Assembly: GCA_964016885.1 (NCBI GenBank)
Contig: OZ024744.1
Span: 85,498,001 to 85,562,000, forward strand
From: Eledone cirrhosa
Lineage: Eukaryota
Direction: 5' to 3'
DNA: 64,000 nucleotides
The notes under the pieces were generated by a model. The model made no database searches, was not told the origin of the DNA, and was given only the letters and a program-made list of their open reading frames with translations. Of this stretch, positions 61,812 to 64,000 are shown in pieces. Every line of letters begins with the position of its first letter. The first letter of the stretch is position 1. Made by a program: the position numbers and the translations under genes.

Positions 61812-63249
61812 ATTTTGACATAACTTTCTATTACCCCTAGTTTACTTAATAAGGCACTTATATACGCGTCTAAACATACAGACTTATCTAGTGATGAAAT
61901 AAATATAATTCTAACAGCACGTAAATACTAAGAGAATTTAATAATCATCCCTGGACAAGAGCGGACAGAAAAAAAACAATTTTGATATTATTAAGGGATC
62001 ATCTGACTCGGCGTAACTTACAGACCTCGTTGGATTATTTATTAATAATGTACTGTATAGAAAAATGCCAGAGATGACGGGAGGTTTATATCGTCACGAT
62101 ATGTTGCTTTTAATTGAAAACCATAGCAATAGTGATATTATTAGGAAAAGAAAATCCATAATACAATTTTTCAACAACTACAATCTTAAGTTAGAAATAG
62201 AAAATAACTAGAAAATCGTTAACTTCTTAGATGTAACTTTAAACCTTAGCACCGGCCTTTACTATCCTTTCCATAAAATTAATGAAAATTTAAATTATGT
62301 AAGTTTCAATTCCAAGCATCCTAGAAGTATTAAAAACACTATTGTCAATAGTGTCCAACAACGCATTTGACGAATCTCCGCTAATAAAAATACTTTTGAT
62401 GATAAGGCAGAATATTATAATGAAGCCTTACACTGAGGAGGATACTCAAATAGAATTAAATACATAGATAACAATAACATGACATATCATCCTAGTATTC
62501 CAAACAAAAAAACTAGAACTAGATATATTATTTGATACTCTCCCCATTCTCATTAAGCGTTAAAACACCTTTAGCAAAGCTATTCTTTAAAGCACTAGAT
62601 AAATGTTTTCCTAAAACCCACAGATACCACTCTATTTTTAACAGACACACTATAAAACTATCCTACTCAACTACTATGAACATAGCACAAAATATAAATA
62701 GAATTAATAATAGAAACTTAAATTTAAACCCTAACCAAACTAACCAAAATAGCAATATAATATTTCTAACAACAATACTCAGAATAATGGTACCGTTCTG
62801 AACAACAATACCTCTAGTAATTGTAACTGTAGAATCAAATCAAACTGCCCTTTACAAAATAATTGTTTAGACAAAAACATAGTTTATAAATGCACAGTTA
62901 AAACTAGCGACAAAATATTTAACTATGTTGGTGCCACTTCAACAAAATTTAAAGAACGCTTGAATAACCATAATCATACTCTTAGAAGATATGATAAAAA
63001 ATCTTCTACTTCACTTTCACATCTTATATGGGATTTAAAAGAAAATAATATAGAATATTCAATATCTTGGAGAAAGATTTCGAAGTACCTGCATACCGCA
63101 TTACGGCATTATCGAGATTCTGTAAATTGTGTATCGAAGAAATTTGTGATATAATTAACTGTCAAAACTCTATTAATCTCAGAACAGAATTATTTTCTTC
63201 TTGCAAACATCGCCAAAATTCCACGTTCAGAACTATTTTTAATTTATAA
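61812..63249 (+). pseudogene. Degraded PLE reverse transcriptase + GIY-YIG endonuclease
   Basis: Motifs FDI..G..DSA..TDLVGL, GGLYRHD (YRDD), NFLDVTLNL.TG, HP....K.I, I.(W)YSPPFS, IFNRHTIKLSYS, CNCRIKSNCPLQNNCL..NIVY...YVG.T...FKER..NH, CKLC..E and N.RTEL.S.C.H; several stops and frameshifts. Confidence 0.9.
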
Positions 63250-64000
63250 TATCCCTATAAACCTTCAAAATCTTAAAAAACTTAAAATGTAAATTTTTAA
63301 AAATATTTTTAATATTTTAATATTTTAATATTTTTAAATATTTTTAATATTTCAGAAATGTTTAATACCTCTAATATTTATAATATTTTTTATATATATA
63401 TTTAATATTTTAATTTCCTACATCATTTTAATTCTGGCATTATTTTTAATTCCGACATTATTTTTAATTCCGACATTATTTTTAATTCCGACATTCTTTT
63501 TGTAAGGACACCCCTATAAATATATTTTAGATGTAGATTGATAATCTTGAAATGACGTTCTGAAAATGTATCCTCTTTAAGATAGTTCTTCGAAAATCAC
63601 ATTACATTTTCCTCTCTCTTTTTGTTATCCAAACATTCACACATCTTTCGACTAAAATGATGGATCTCATACAAAATAATATATAATTTTTTTCTCTAAT
63701 TTTAATGGTTAACAAACAAAATTGCAGTTATCTTTCCTTTCTCAATCGTTACAAACATATTTCTCTCAATCGTGCAGTTTTTGAATCCACAAATGATTCT
63801 ACTCTCACAACTTGAACCACCTATTTTTTAAGTAAAATACAAATTTAAAATCCTTCGTAACTCATATTTGATATATAAACAATTAATACATACGCAATTT
63901 ATTAACATATATATAGATATCTATATACATATAATCTATCCAAATGTTAGAAGATAAAAATACTTACAACCATAATTCTTCATATAATCTAATTGATTAT

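Larger units (their letters stand above)
61688..64000 (+). mobile_element. 5'-truncated Penelope-like retroelement (C-terminal EN; motifs resemble the Hydra clade) with inverted pLTR
   Basis: Inverted terminal repeat at 61688-61811 next to (TA)n, degenerate RT-EN ORF, and an AT-rich 3' region extending past the window. Confidence 0.85.

Noticed and set aside
61812-63249. Selenocysteine or readthrough recoding in the PLE ORF
   Set aside because: Stops are mixed TAA/TAG/TGA with frameshifts, and the conserved Cys codons are intact; this is ordinary decay.

Overview
Eukaryotic, AT-rich, microsatellite-saturated non-coding DNA. The SINE families and repeat style suggest an octopus/cephalopod genome (inference). 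No intact host gene is evident, and nearly all long ORFs in the track are simple-repeat artefacts. Contents: (1) a 5'-truncated CRE-like RT fragment. (2) A head-to-tail pile of R4/Dong-like REL-endonuclease LINEs in (CATA)n; in one of them a single 22-bp piece of coding sequence has expanded into a 478-unit, 10.5-kb array. (3) Two copies of an internally deleted RTE-like element with a structured, possibly ribozyme-containing 5' end. (4) Many tRNA-derived SINEs. (5) A hAT-Charlie transposase remnant and a MITE. (6) A 2.8-kb trinucleotide foldback. (7) Two degraded Penelope-like elements (RT/GIY-YIG, CxCx5C linker). The most notable signal is about 14 type-I hammerhead-ribozyme motifs in short, often hairpin-shaped, microsatellite-inserted Penelope-type terminal repeats. 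They include two families with a compensatory U3-A8 core, a family with a ~60-nt structured stem-II insertion, and recurrent U.U pairs at the base of stem II. All structures were read by eye; none is experimentally or computationally verified.
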